64,000 bases of DNA from Abditibacteriaceae bacterium (lineage in GTDB: Bacteria > Armatimonadota > Abditibacteriia > Abditibacteriales > Abditibacteriaceae). Below, piece after piece: positions 30,085-40,666 of the stretch. A model generated the notes under the pieces. The model did no database searches, was not told the origin of the DNA, and worked only from the letters and a program-made list of their open reading frames with translations. The DNA lies in assembly GCA_965277285.1 (NCBI GenBank), contig OZ255721.1, positions 2,688,001-2,752,000 of the forward strand, in the 5' to 3' direction. A program made the translations under genes and the position numbers. Within the stretch, counting starts at the first letter, position 1; the number at the start of each line of letters is the position of its first letter.

Positions 30085-30341
30085 CGTCTTGTCCTTTGGC
30101 CTCGCGCATTTTTGCAGTCATGTCTTGCCCGCGAGAGTGAGGTTGCAGACGAGTACTCGAAATGCGAGTTCACTCATTTATCTATCAAAAATAATGTGGT
30201 AATTCTCAGATACAAACCTGGAACGCGAGCAACGCGCTTCATTGAGCCGCCAGCAAAAACAAAAGCATCCACGAAAACATTTTTCGTGGATGCCAGAAGT
30301 TTCAGGAGTTTGGACAACGCGGCTGGTAGTTTGATGGCGTT

Positions 30342-30941
30342 TTAGTTTTTCAGTGAATCGCCTTCACCTTCTCCAAAGTCGACGCCTTCGAGCAATTTGA
30401 CGAACTTGCTAATTTCTTCGGGCGACGATTCGGGCGCGACATCTTCCACGCGCGACGGCAATTCGCTGGTATCTTGCAATTGCTCGGCGCTCAATGGGTC
30501 TTCGCCAAGTTGCTCTTCGCTCAAGACTTCTTCGCGCTGAATGCCGGTTTTCTCGATGACCTGATCGCTGACCCAAATCTGACATTGCGTGCGCAAAGCG
30601 AGAGCAATTGCATCGGATGGGCGCGCGTCAATTTCCTGCACTTGCTCTTGCGCATCGTGCAACGTTTCCAAGTGCAAAGTCGCGTAATAAACCTGCTTTT
30701 CAAAATCGTTGACCGTGACTTTGACCAGGCGCACGTCCATTTCGCGCAAAATGTTGGCGATCAAGTCGTGCGTCATCGGGCGCGGCGGTTGCTGGCTGTC
30801 GAGTTCCATTTGAATCGACATCGCTTCGGCTGGCCCGATCCAAATCGGCACAAACGTGCGATGCTCCTCGTCGCACAGCAAAACCAACGGGTTGTTCTGC
30901 TGATCGATGCCAATCCCTTCCACCGTCATTTTCGTCATCAT
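30342..30941 (-). CDS. Bifunctional nuclease family protein (DUF151)
   Basis: PIWIG..EA, RPMTHDL, IDARPSDAIALALR. Confidence 0.92.
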   Translation of the reverse strand: MMTKMTVEGIGIDQQNNPLVLLCDEEHRTFVPIWIGPAEAMSIQMELDSQQPPRPMTHDLIANILREMDVRLVKVTVNDFEKQVYYATLHLETLHDAQEQVQEIDARPSDAIALALRTQCQIWVSDQVIEKTGIQREEVLSEEQLGEDPLSAEQLQDTSELPSRVEDVAPESSPEEISKFVKLLEGVDFGEGEGDSLKN

Positions 30942-31111
30942 AACCGTTGCTCTCCTGCGCAGTTTTCTCGGACAAATCCAACTTTTATTTTACAATACCT
31001 GCAAAGGTCGACTTGCCAAAACGCCGCGCGTTCCGCCACCTTTGGGTTCGCTCATCGAGTACTCGAATTCCCTTTTCGTTCTGCGCGAATTTGGCCACTT
31101 CAACCAATCGT

Positions 31112-31825
31112 TCAAACCAGCAATTCTCGGGCGATTTCCAGCGCGCGCCCATCATGCCAAAGTTCCGCCATTTCATGGTTCGTCTTCTCGAAAGCGAAAA
31201 CAGCGGTCGCCATCGCGCGCAATTGTTCCACTGCCAGGCGCGCGTCCTCATTGAACGGCGTTTGGTTGGTGCAAACGAAATAGAAGGGAATTTGTTCCGC
31301 TCGCGCCCAACGCGCCAAGTGCAAAGCGGCAAAGGGAAGTTCATCGGAAGCGCAGATTTTTATGGCGCGCGGATAAGAAACTGCGGCGAAGCGCTGCTGA
31401 AAATCGTCTTTTTGCGCGGCTTGATAACGTTCGAGAAAAATTGGACGTTCGCCGTGCGTTGGCAAAACGACGCGATAAGGCGTTTCAAAAGCCGTTGATG
31501 TCGATGGCGTTTTTACTGGTGCGTACAAAAGCGGCACGTTTTGGTTTTCGCGCAAAATTAAGAGCCCATTGGAATCGTCGCCGATGGGATTTCCCAGCAA
31601 TGCGACGCGTTGTTGCGCGCTTTGCAGCAGTTGTGCGACGCGCCACATCAAGCCGCCAGTTGTACGCTCTTCGCGTTCAATGGCAAATCGAGTACTCGAA
31701 TGTGCCTGGTTCAAAGCGGCATCGAGATGTAGAACGTAATCGACGCCGATGATGCCGTGCAACAAAACATCGAACGGCGTTTCGTGTGGCGACTCAACAA
31801 GCGCAGTTTCAGAAGGAACGTTCAT
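31112..31825 (-). CDS. Degenerate PfkB-like carbohydrate kinase protein
   Basis: N-terminal G...VD...GG...LLG..IGDD.NG pattern; C-terminal DTxGAGD motif not seen. Confidence 0.45.
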   Translation of the reverse strand: MNVPSETALVESPHETPFDVLLHGIIGVDYVLHLDAALNQAHSSTRFAIEREERTTGGLMWRVAQLLQSAQQRVALLGNPIGDDSNGLLILRENQNVPLLYAPVKTPSTSTAFETPYRVVLPTHGERPIFLERYQAAQKDDFQQRFAAVSYPRAIKICASDELPFAALHLARWARAEQIPFYFVCTNQTPFNEDARLAVEQLRAMATAVFAFEKTNHEMAELWHDGRALEIARELLV

Positions 31826-32049
31826 AAATAAGGAGGCTGGAATTACGCGAGAAAATTGGCGCGACGATGAACGCGTTCGGAGGTTGCGCGTCGTTGATAA
31901 GACGTTAACGCTTCACTGTAAAAATAAAGCGCATCGTCATCTTGGAAAGCGGAGCGCGACGCTACAAAACTTGTCTTTTCTGGCCTTTCCGTAAATTGCG
32001 AGCGCCGCGTCAATCGGCTAACCTTTCTATATTATCTCGCGGAGTTTTT

Positions 32050-32799
32050 GTGAAACTTTTTTTTCGTCGTTCCAACGTCCTTCCGAAAAACGTTCTGCTT
32101 CCGAAACGCGTCGCTGTTTTGGGCACGCTGGCCGCTTTTTCGGCCCTGACAATGTTGCCGACGCGCGCTTTTTCGCGGCCTGCGATGAGGGCGCAAACCA
32201 GCAACGCGGGCGCAGGTTTATCGTTCGATATTACGGCGCGTTTGGTGGCGCTGCAACATGGACAGCCCAGCGATATGCCAGCGCAAACTTTTGATGCGCG
32301 CGTTTTTCTCAAGGGCAGCAATGCGCGCGTCGAAACCGAAGTGGGCGACCGTCCGGCAGTTTACCTGTTGACGCCGCCGTATCTCACCAAACTGCTGCCG
32401 AACGCCAAAGCGGGCGCGCGCTGGAAAGTTTCGCGCAAAGTCACTTTCCCGGGCGCGGGCGGCGCCGGATTGGGCAACGATTTGCAAACCTTGATGCGCG
32501 ATCCTGGAGCCTTGCGCGCGGCTTTGCGACGCAGCGGCGCGCGCATGGCGGGAAATGCGACCTTGAACGGCACGCCGGTTGAAATTTACAACGCCGCGAA
32601 TTTCATGGGAGGCGGACAAAAATTGACGGCATGGCTACGACGCAGCGATGCCTTGCCAGTGCGCGCGCAACTGATCAGCAAAACGCTTTCGAGTACTCTT
32701 TCGTGGAGCAATTACAGACGCGTCGCGCTACCGGATTCGCTGTTTCACGCGCCTGCCGGTTACAATGTTCGCAACTCGACGGGACAACCGTCCTTTTAA
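32050..32799 (+). CDS. Exported hypothetical protein (possibly LolA-like)
   Basis: Signal-like segment and C-terminal LPDSLFHAP.GY pattern. Confidence 0.55.
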   Translation: MKLFFRRSNVLPKNVLLPKRVAVLGTLAAFSALTMLPTRAFSRPAMRAQTSNAGAGLSFDITARLVALQHGQPSDMPAQTFDARVFLKGSNARVETEVGDRPAVYLLTPPYLTKLLPNAKAGARWKVSRKVTFPGAGGAGLGNDLQTLMRDPGALRAALRRSGARMAGNATLNGTPVEIYNAANFMGGGQKLTAWLRRSDALPVRAQLISKTLSSTLSWSNYRRVALPDSLFHAPAGYNVRNSTGQPSF

Positions 32800-32907
32800 T
32801 GGTTTTCGCTTTGAGCGATTTGGCTTGGAGCAATTTTCGGTTTTGTTTTCTCGATAGTCAGGGAGCGGCGCGCTCGTAAATTTTTCGCGTCCTCCGCAGG
32901 AGAAACG

Positions 32908-34983
32908 ATGTCTCAACCTTTTTCAAATCGAAGTCAACGCGTGCGACCTCGCGCCATTGCGTTATCTTCCGCCGCGCTGTTAGGCGCCGCATGGAGCGTC
33001 GCCGCTTCCGCCGCGCCAGTCGCTACGATTTCGCCAATGGGCGCGACTTCGGTCAGCAACGCTGCGCCGACGAATACGGTGCGCAGTAGCGCTGCCATTT
33101 CCGATGCGCTTTCGAGTACTGGAAACGGCACGGCGATGTGGGCGACCTACAAAGGCGATGCGCAACGCACGGGCGCCGTCAATATGCCAGTACGTTTGCC
33201 GCTCAACTTGCAATGGCGCTACACCAGCGCCGCCGATCCGGGCGCGATTGTCGGTTCGCCGCTGGTTGTTGGCGAGCCAGGCGCGCGACGCGTGCTTTTC
33301 AACGCCGGTAAATTTTTGTATTGCCTGGACGCTGAGAGCGGCGAAGCTTTGTGGACATGGACGGCTGGAAGCGCCTTGCGCGCGCCTTTGAGTTTGGTGC
33401 CGGGCATGAATGGCGCGGTGCTAACGCAGTCCAACAAAGGAGTCGCGCAAGCGATTCTCATCAGCGATGGCACGCCTTTGTGGACATATCAGGCGGATTC
33501 GTCGTTGCGTGTGGCGCCGCTCGCACTGCGCACATCGCGTGGAGATCGCATCATTTTGGCGCCTTCGTCGGGCGTCTTGGTGGCATTGACACCACAAGGC
33601 GCGCTTGATCCGACATGGCACGTTACGCTGGGCGCTGGGGGCGCGGCTCCCGCGGCAGCTCCTGTCGCCAGCGCTAATGGCGATCGTATCTTCGTTCCGA
33701 CCAACGATGGAACTGTTTACGCCGTTGATGTGCGTGGAGGGCGTGTCGCCTTCAGCACAACTTTGGATGCGGTTTCAACGACCTCGCCTGTTGTTGTTGG
33801 CAACACGATGGTGGCAACCGGCAGCAGCCTGATCGTTGCCGTGCGCGTCGATAATGGCTCAACGGTGTGGCGCGGTACGTCGGGTGACGAAATGTTCACG
33901 GCGCTGTCGGCGCAACCGGGAAATACACCCACGTCCGGCGTGATTTATGCGGGCACCAATCGTGGTTCGCTTATCGCTTACAGTGCGCGCGATGGCAAAC
34001 AATTGTGGAAAGCAGCGGTTGGCAAGGCAGCGCTGTCAGGTTCGCCATTGGTTTTGCGCGGCGCGATTGTGGTTGGTTCGCGCGAAGGCGTGCTTTATGC
34101 CGTGAACAGCGCCAACGGCCAGATTTTATGGCGCTATCGCCTGGAAAGCGAGCGTCGAGTACTCGTTTCCGTGCGCGCCACTACAGGAGCTAACGGCGTG
34201 GCATCTACGTCGAGCAACCCGTATGCGGCAGGCGGCGCGGGCGGTGGTCGTTTCGGTGGTGGCTTCGGTGGTGGCATCAATCGCTCTGGCGGTGCTGTGC
34301 CGTCCGCCACGCCGATGACTTATGAAACGCGCACTTACGGCACGTCTTCGGCGCCCGCTGCGGTAGATGGCCAGATCTATGTTCCCGCCGACAACGCCGC
34401 GTTGTATGCGTTTTCGACAACAGCCTTCGATGCGTCGCCGCCGCTCATCAGCGATACCACGATCGTGATCCCCGATACCACCAACGAACCTTATCCAGTT
34501 CTCATCACACCAGGTTTCCCGGGCATCGCCAACAAAGGGCCGATTTCGCTGACGTTGCAGTTGGCGGACGCCGGTTCAGGAATCGACGCTTCGCATATCA
34601 GCGTCAGCTTCGATGGACAAACGCTGCCAGCTTCCGATGTTAAATATGATGCGGCGTCCGGCCTTTTGTCGCTGACGCTTTTCAAGCCCAAAGGCGACGT
34701 GCTGACGCTGAGCGACGGCACGCACACTGTTGCTGTGCGCATCGCTGATTACAACGGTAACACAGCGCAAACGACGACCTCGTTCCTCGTCAACAGCACC
34801 TTTGTTTCGCCGACCAAGCAAGTTGCGGGCAGCGCAAACACGGCGCAGTCGCCACAATCACCGCAATGGGGCGGAGGACGCGGCGGACGTGGTGGCGGTG
34901 GCGGTTGGAACCCGGGACAAGGAGCGCCTCCTTGGGCACAACGTCGCTATGGCGGCAACGGCGATGGTGGTGGCGGCGGTTAA
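32908..34983 (+). CDS. Exported PQQ-like beta-propeller repeat protein with C-terminal Ig-like domain
   Basis: Repeated LYA.D..SG..LW motifs, signal peptide, DASPP...D.GSGID...GTHTV.V...DY.GN. Confidence 0.82.
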   Translation: MSQPFSNRSQRVRPRAIALSSAALLGAAWSVAASAAPVATISPMGATSVSNAAPTNTVRSSAAISDALSSTGNGTAMWATYKGDAQRTGAVNMPVRLPLNLQWRYTSAADPGAIVGSPLVVGEPGARRVLFNAGKFLYCLDAESGEALWTWTAGSALRAPLSLVPGMNGAVLTQSNKGVAQAILISDGTPLWTYQADSSLRVAPLALRTSRGDRIILAPSSGVLVALTPQGALDPTWHVTLGAGGAAPAAAPVASANGDRIFVPTNDGTVYAVDVRGGRVAFSTTLDAVSTTSPVVVGNTMVATGSSLIVAVRVDNGSTVWRGTSGDEMFTALSAQPGNTPTSGVIYAGTNRGSLIAYSARDGKQLWKAAVGKAALSGSPLVLRGAIVVGSREGVLYAVNSANGQILWRYRLESERRVLVSVRATTGANGVASTSSNPYAAGGAGGGRFGGGFGGGINRSGGAVPSATPMTYETRTYGTSSAPAAVDGQIYVPADNAALYAFSTTAFDASPPLISDTTIVIPDTTNEPYPVLITPGFPGIANKGPISLTLQLADAGSGIDASHISVSFDGQTLPASDVKYDAASGLLSLTLFKPKGDVLTLSDGTHTVAVRIADYNGNTAQTTTSFLVNSTFVSPTKQVAGSANTAQSPQSPQWGGGRGGRGGGGGWNPGQGAPPWAQRRYGGNGDGGGGG

Positions 34984-35195
34984 GCCGAGTTTTAAACGAT
35001 TTTACGTCTGATGATTTCTTCAAACGCTGCGTATTTTGCCTTCGGGCACTTGCGCAGCGTTTGTGTTTGCAGATATATTGCGTTTCCGTTCACAAAAATT
35101 CTCAAACAGATGTTACCATTCGTTCCTTGTCGCACTTCGAGTACTCGAAAACAAAGTGAGAAGCGACAAACGCCAGTTTTTGATTTTTTTTAGCC

Positions 35196-36446
35196 ATGAC
35201 TTTTGTGCCCGATGAAACTGCTCAAGTCGCGTTGCCGGAAAATACACGCGTCGAAACCATGCAAAGCGATGATCTGGAAATGTGGTTGCGCCTGGCGTTT
35301 GTCGCTTTGCCCGCAGGACGTTGCAACACGTCGCTTGAAGCATGGAAACATCCGCGCGAACTTTTAGAGGCAGCGAACCGCGGGCACGATGACGAACTGT
35401 TGAAGACGCCAGGCATCACGCCGACGACAATCGAACGCTTGCGCGAATCGAGTACTCGAAACTTGCAACCTGCGCTGGACGTGATGCAAAGTCACAGCAT
35501 TCGCTTGATGCTGCGCAGCGACGAAGATTATCCCAAATCGCTGGAAGCGCTTGGAGACGACGCGCCGCCTTATATTTTCGTGCGCGGCGACATTTTGCCT
35601 GACGATGAAATTGCGGTCGGCATCGTCGGCACGCGTCACACGACCGATTACGGACGCGGTATCGCTCACGCTCTGGCGCGAGATTTAGCGGCGCGTGGCG
35701 TTACGGTGGTCTCAGGGTTGGCGCGCGGCATTGACACTGCGGCGCATAAAGGCGCGCTTGAAGGCGCAGGTCGCACGTTCGCGGTTTGCGGTTGCGGTTT
35801 GGATGTCGTTTATCCGCTGGAAAACAAAGCGTTGATGGAGCAGATCGTTCAAAATGGCGCGGCCTGGAGCGAATTCGCGCCGACGACACATCCTGAAGCG
35901 TGGCATTTTCCAGCGCGCAATCGCATCATTTCGGGATTGAGCGCGGGCATCATCGTGGTCGAAGCTGGAGAACGCAGTGGCGCCCTGATTACCGCCGATT
36001 TTGCGATGGAACAAGGGCGCGAAGTTTTCGCCGTGCCGGGCAACGTGCACAAAATTCAAAGCCGCGGCCCTCACGCTTTGATCAAACAAGGCGCGACTTT
36101 AGTTGAAAATGTTGACGATGTCTTGCAGGTTTTGAACAATCGCGCTGTTCCATTCGAGCGCCAAGCGAAAGCGGAAACCACGAAATCGAGTACTCGAAAA
36201 CGCGCGAAGAGCGACGTAAAAACCGGTGCAAAATCGGCGGCGGTGCAACGTGTTACGCCGCGCGCCGACTTGACAGCGGGCGAAAATCGTGTTTATCTGG
36301 CGCTGAATGAAGAGCCGCGCCATCTCGACGAAATCGCGCAGGACGCAGAAATGGGAGCCGGCGAAGTGAACTCGACGTTGGTAATCATGGAACTTAAAGG
36401 TCACGTCCGCCGTTTACCGGGCGGAATGTTTGTGAAACAGGGATGA
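35196..36446 (+). CDS. dprA: DNA-processing protein DprA
   Basis: IVGTR, VSGLARGID..AH, FPARNRIISGLS, EA..RSGALITA; upstream of topA. Confidence 0.95.
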   Translation: MTFVPDETAQVALPENTRVETMQSDDLEMWLRLAFVALPAGRCNTSLEAWKHPRELLEAANRGHDDELLKTPGITPTTIERLRESSTRNLQPALDVMQSHSIRLMLRSDEDYPKSLEALGDDAPPYIFVRGDILPDDEIAVGIVGTRHTTDYGRGIAHALARDLAARGVTVVSGLARGIDTAAHKGALEGAGRTFAVCGCGLDVVYPLENKALMEQIVQNGAAWSEFAPTTHPEAWHFPARNRIISGLSAGIIVVEAGERSGALITADFAMEQGREVFAVPGNVHKIQSRGPHALIKQGATLVENVDDVLQVLNNRAVPFERQAKAETTKSSTRKRAKSDVKTGAKSAAVQRVTPRADLTAGENRVYLALNEEPRHLDEIAQDAEMGAGEVNSTLVIMELKGHVRRLPGGMFVKQG

Positions 36447-36575
36447 GGTGCAAGGGACGAGGCATGAGTTAAGTGGCGTTCGAGTACTCAAACGCTGAAC
36501 ATGGGCGCAGCAAGCTGACGCCCCTACGAACCCAACTCATTCCTCATCCCTTTTACCTCATCCCTTTGAAAAGTT

Positions 36576-39140
36576 ATGGCTAAATCCTTAATCATCGTCG
36601 AGTCGCCGACCAAGAAGAAAACCTTGGAAGGCTTTTTAGGCCCCAATTATAAAGTCATGGGTTCCAAAGGTCACGTCCGCGACTTGCCCAAAAGCGGTCT
36701 GGCGGTCGATTTGGAACACGATTTCGAGCCGAAATATGAACTGTTGCCCGACCGCAAAAGCGTCGTCGACGAACTGCGCCGCGCCGCCAAAGACGTGGAC
36801 ATCGTGTATCTGGCGTCCGACCCCGACCGCGAAGGCGAAGCGATTGCGTGGCACATCCGCGAAGCGTTGCACCTGAAAAACGCGCGTCGCATCGAGTTCA
36901 ACGAAATCACCAAAACCGCCGTGCAGCGCGCTCTGGAAAACCCGCGCGAAATCGACATGGATCGCGTCAATGCGCAACAAGCGCGTCGAGTACTTGATAG
37001 AATTATCGGTTATCAACTTTCGCCGCTGTTGTCGAAAAAGATCAGTCGCGGCTTGTCGGCGGGTCGAGTGCAATCGGTTGCGGTGCGCTTGATTTGCGAA
37101 CGCGAGCGCGAAATCCAAGCGTTCAAAATCGAAGAGTACTGGAGCATCGAAGCGATTCTTTCCCCGCAAAACGAAGAATTTCCGTTTCCGGCGCGCTTGC
37201 TGACGCGCGCCAGCAAGAAAGTCGAAATCACCAACGAAGAGCAGGCAAACGAACTCGTCGAAGCATTAAATCCTGAATCGGATTTCAATAAGAGCGCGCT
37301 GTTGCCTTTCCGGTATATAGTTTCCAGCGTCAAAAGGCAGGAAAAGCGCCGTTTTCCAGGTGCGCCGTTTATTACTTCGACGTTGCAGCAGGAAGCCTCC
37401 AAGCAGTTGCGTTTCTCGGCCAAGAAAACGATGATGGTGGCGCAGGCGTTGTATGAAGGCATTGCGCTGGGCGACGGCTCGCCGGTCGGTCTCATCACGT
37501 ATATGCGCACCGATTCGACGACGATTGCCAAAGAAGCGCAAGAAGCCGCGCGCGACTTGATTGCCAAGCGTTTCGGCCAGGATTTCGTGCCCGATGCGCC
37601 GCCCAAATACAAGAACAAAAAGAGCGCGCAGGAAGCGCACGAAGCAATTCGTCCGGCTTATGTGACGCACATTCCCGAAGATATTCAAAGGTTTTTGACG
37701 GACGAGCAGTTCAAATTGTATCGTTTGATTTGGCGTCGTTTTGTCGCTTCGCAAATGAAACCGGCGATTTTAGATGTCACGACGGTCGACATCGCGGCGG
37801 GCGAGTTTGGCTTGCGCGCGTCGGGAACTGTGGTCAAGTTCGCGGGATTTTTGAGCGTTTACGAAGACGCGCGAGACGAAGATGCGCCAGTTGTCGAGGC
37901 CGACGACGAAGACGCCGTGCGCAAATTGCCGAACCTGGAAGCGAATCGAGTACTCGATTTGCGCGATTTGCTGCCGCGCCAGCATTTCACGCAGCCGCCG
38001 CCGCGTTATACCGAAGCGACGTTGGTGAAGACATTGGAAGAAAACGGCATCGGTCGGCCTTCGACGTATGCGCAAACGCTTTCGACAGTTCAAGATCGCG
38101 GTTACGCCGAACTGGAGCAGCGACGATTCAAACCGACGGAGCTGGGCTTCATCGTCAACGACAAGTTGGTGCAACATTTTCCGAACGTGGTTGACGTGCA
38201 TTTCACGGCGGGCGTCGAGGAAAAGCTGGATGAAGTCGAGGAAGGTAAGCAGCTTTGGACGAAGGTTTTGCACGAATGGTACGACCCGTTCAGCGAAGAC
38301 GTGACGCGCGCCAAAACAGAAATGGAAAAAGTCGCGCCGGTTGAAACTGATTTCGATTGCCCGACTTGCGGCGCCAAGATGTTGAAGCGTCGCGGTCGTT
38401 TCGGCGAGTTTTTGGCGTGCTCCAATTATCCCGAATGCAAAACTTCGATGAACGTCAGCGCCGATGGTCAGCCGGAATCGAACGAGCCGGAAGTTTCGGA
38501 ACATTCGTGTCCCAAAACCGGCCTGCCTTTGGTGCGCAAAAAAGGTCGCTTCGGCGAGTATTTCGAGTGCGTTGACAGCGAAGGCGTGAAGATTACCTAT
38601 AAAGTCGGACTCAATGGCGAGCCGGTCGAGAAAGCGCCCGCGCCGCAAATCGAAGGACTTGACCCGAACGAAAAGCGGACTTGCGAAAAATGCGGCAAGC
38701 CGATGACGGTTCGCGCCAGTCGTCGCGGCGCGTTCTGGGGCTGCACCGGTTATCCCAAATGTCGCAATCTGGTTCCGATTGAAGGCGCCAAAGTCATTCT
38801 GCCCGAAGCGGAACTGACCGATTTTAAATGCCCGATTTGCGAAAAACCTTTGGCGAAACGCAGCGGTCGCTTCGGCCCGTTCCTTTCTTGCAGCGGTTAT
38901 CCCGAATGCAAAACGATTGTGAAACTGGACAAACAGGGCGAGCCTATTTTCCCGACAGCGGAAGAAATCGAAGCCGCAAAGGAAGCAAAAGCCGCCAAAA
39001 CGGCAACCGCAAAGACCGTGACCGCCAAAACCACGACAAAGAAAGTCGTCGCCAAAAAACCGGCGGCGAAGAAATCCGTGGCGAAAAAGGCGACTGCGAA
39101 ATCGAGTACTCGAAAGACGACGAAAAAAGTCGCGGTGTAA
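36576..39140 (+). CDS. topA: DNA topoisomerase I
   Basis: LIIVESP, DPDREGE, SAGRVQS, ITYMRTDS, zinc ribbons, Lys/Ala-rich tail. Confidence 0.97.
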   Translation: MAKSLIIVESPTKKKTLEGFLGPNYKVMGSKGHVRDLPKSGLAVDLEHDFEPKYELLPDRKSVVDELRRAAKDVDIVYLASDPDREGEAIAWHIREALHLKNARRIEFNEITKTAVQRALENPREIDMDRVNAQQARRVLDRIIGYQLSPLLSKKISRGLSAGRVQSVAVRLICEREREIQAFKIEEYWSIEAILSPQNEEFPFPARLLTRASKKVEITNEEQANELVEALNPESDFNKSALLPFRYIVSSVKRQEKRRFPGAPFITSTLQQEASKQLRFSAKKTMMVAQALYEGIALGDGSPVGLITYMRTDSTTIAKEAQEAARDLIAKRFGQDFVPDAPPKYKNKKSAQEAHEAIRPAYVTHIPEDIQRFLTDEQFKLYRLIWRRFVASQMKPAILDVTTVDIAAGEFGLRASGTVVKFAGFLSVYEDARDEDAPVVEADDEDAVRKLPNLEANRVLDLRDLLPRQHFTQPPPRYTEATLVKTLEENGIGRPSTYAQTLSTVQDRGYAELEQRRFKPTELGFIVNDKLVQHFPNVVDVHFTAGVEEKLDEVEEGKQLWTKVLHEWYDPFSEDVTRAKTEMEKVAPVETDFDCPTCGAKMLKRRGRFGEFLACSNYPECKTSMNVSADGQPESNEPEVSEHSCPKTGLPLVRKKGRFGEYFECVDSEGVKITYKVGLNGEPVEKAPAPQIEGLDPNEKRTCEKCGKPMTVRASRRGAFWGCTGYPKCRNLVPIEGAKVILPEAELTDFKCPICEKPLAKRSGRFGPFLSCSGYPECKTIVKLDKQGEPIFPTAEEIEAAKEAKAAKTATAKTVTAKTTTKKVVAKKPAAKKSVAKKATAKSSTRKTTKKVAV

Positions 39141-39201
39141 AACATTGTAGGGGTGAGCCGGTGGCTCGCCCTTATTTTCATTCAAAGGAATCCAGCAACT
39201 T

Positions 39202-40575
39202 TTGACACACGTTTCTCATCCCGCAGTCTCCGCAAGCGCGCAACGTCGCAATTGGATTGGTCTCGCTCTGGCCGTTGCCGCCACGTTGCCGTGGCTTTTT
39301 CTGATATTTTTTGGGCCGCACGATGCGCAAGGCCATCTCGCGCAGGCGCCGTTGACGACTTCGCTGTGGTCGGGATTGGCGATTTTGGGCGCAGCGTTTT
39401 TGTTGTCGTGGGCGGCGGAAGTTGCGCAGTTGGATATGGCGCAGGCGCTCGCGCTGGTGATTCTGTCGCTGATCGCCATTTTGCCGGAATATTCAGTCGA
39501 TATGGCGTTTGCGATTCAGGCGGGCAAAGGTTTGGCGGCCAGTCAGAATCCCGCGACTGCGAACTTGCCCGCCACCAAAGCGTTGCTCGAAAACGCGCAT
39601 TACGCGGTCGCCAACATGACGGGCGCCAACCGCATTCTTATCGGCATGGCGTGGAGCGCGGTCGTTTTCATTTATTGCTGGCGCAAGCGCGTCAAGTCGG
39701 TTGAAATCGAGCCATCGCGCGCCATTGAAATCAAATATCTGTTATTGGCGACGCTTTATTCGTTCACGCTGCCGCTCAAAGCATTGCTCTTCAACGTCGG
39801 CATTCATCCGGTTGATGCGCTGGTGTTGGTGATGCTATTTGGCTTTTACACGCGCGCCGCATCGAAAACCGAACACGTCGAACCGAAGTTGGTTGGGCCA
39901 CCAGCAGCGATGGCGACGTTGCCGCAAATGAACCGTCGCGCTTTATGCCTCGGATTGTTTGTGTTTTCGGCGTGGACGATTTACTTGGCGGCGCATCCTT
40001 TTGCCGAAGGCTTGGTCAAAGTCGGCGAAGGTTACAAAATCAACGAGTTTTTGCTGGTGCAATGGATCGCGCCGCTGGCGTCCGAGATGCCGGAATTCAT
40101 CGTCGCCGGATTGTTCGCGTGGCGCGGTTTTCCAGCGCTTGGCATGGGAACTTTGATTTCGTCCAAAGTCAATCAATGGACGCTTTTAGTCGGGCTTTTG
40201 CCAATTGTTTACTCCTTCGCGTCGCGCCAATTTGTTGCGATGCCGTTGGATGAACAGCAATTAACCGAAGTGCTTTTGACATCGGCGCAATCATTGTTCG
40301 CCGTCTCCATTTTGATGAATTTCAGCATCACATTGGCGGAAGCGGGCGCGTTGCTCGGGTTGTTTTTAGCGCAATTCTTGACGCAGATGGTCATCGCTGT
40401 AACACATCCCGAAACGTCGTTGGCGGCAGCGGAACAAGCCAGAGTCTTGACGCAAACTTCGCAACTGGGTTTTTCCGCGCTTTACATCGGTCTGGCGTTG
40501 TTCTTGGTTTTCTCGTCGCGCGAAAAACGCGCTGGCTTGCGCTCTTTGTTCGCGCGCGCACCGCAAACTGCATAG
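39202..40575 (+). CDS. Ca2+/cation antiporter (CaCA) family transporter
   Basis: Two alpha-repeats AILPEY..D/ANMTGAN and LASEMPE/SSKVNQ; many TM helices. Confidence 0.8.
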   Translation: MTHVSHPAVSASAQRRNWIGLALAVAATLPWLFLIFFGPHDAQGHLAQAPLTTSLWSGLAILGAAFLLSWAAEVAQLDMAQALALVILSLIAILPEYSVDMAFAIQAGKGLAASQNPATANLPATKALLENAHYAVANMTGANRILIGMAWSAVVFIYCWRKRVKSVEIEPSRAIEIKYLLLATLYSFTLPLKALLFNVGIHPVDALVLVMLFGFYTRAASKTEHVEPKLVGPPAAMATLPQMNRRALCLGLFVFSAWTIYLAAHPFAEGLVKVGEGYKINEFLLVQWIAPLASEMPEFIVAGLFAWRGFPALGMGTLISSKVNQWTLLVGLLPIVYSFASRQFVAMPLDEQQLTEVLLTSAQSLFAVSILMNFSITLAEAGALLGLFLAQFLTQMVIAVTHPETSLAAAEQARVLTQTSQLGFSALYIGLALFLVFSSREKRAGLRSLFARAPQTA

Positions 40576-40666
40576 CATTCAACGAACCCGCAGCGTGAGC
40601 GAGGGAGATAGTTTGAGAAATCTCCCTTGCTCACGCTTCGGGTTCGTTATTGAATTGAGTACTCGA

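Noticed and set aside
37770..39185. Long antisense ORFs (also 52979-54316, 56247-57266, 57980-58939, 43369-44325, 4629-5540)
   Set aside because: Shadows of well-supported genes on the opposite strand with no recognisable motifs.
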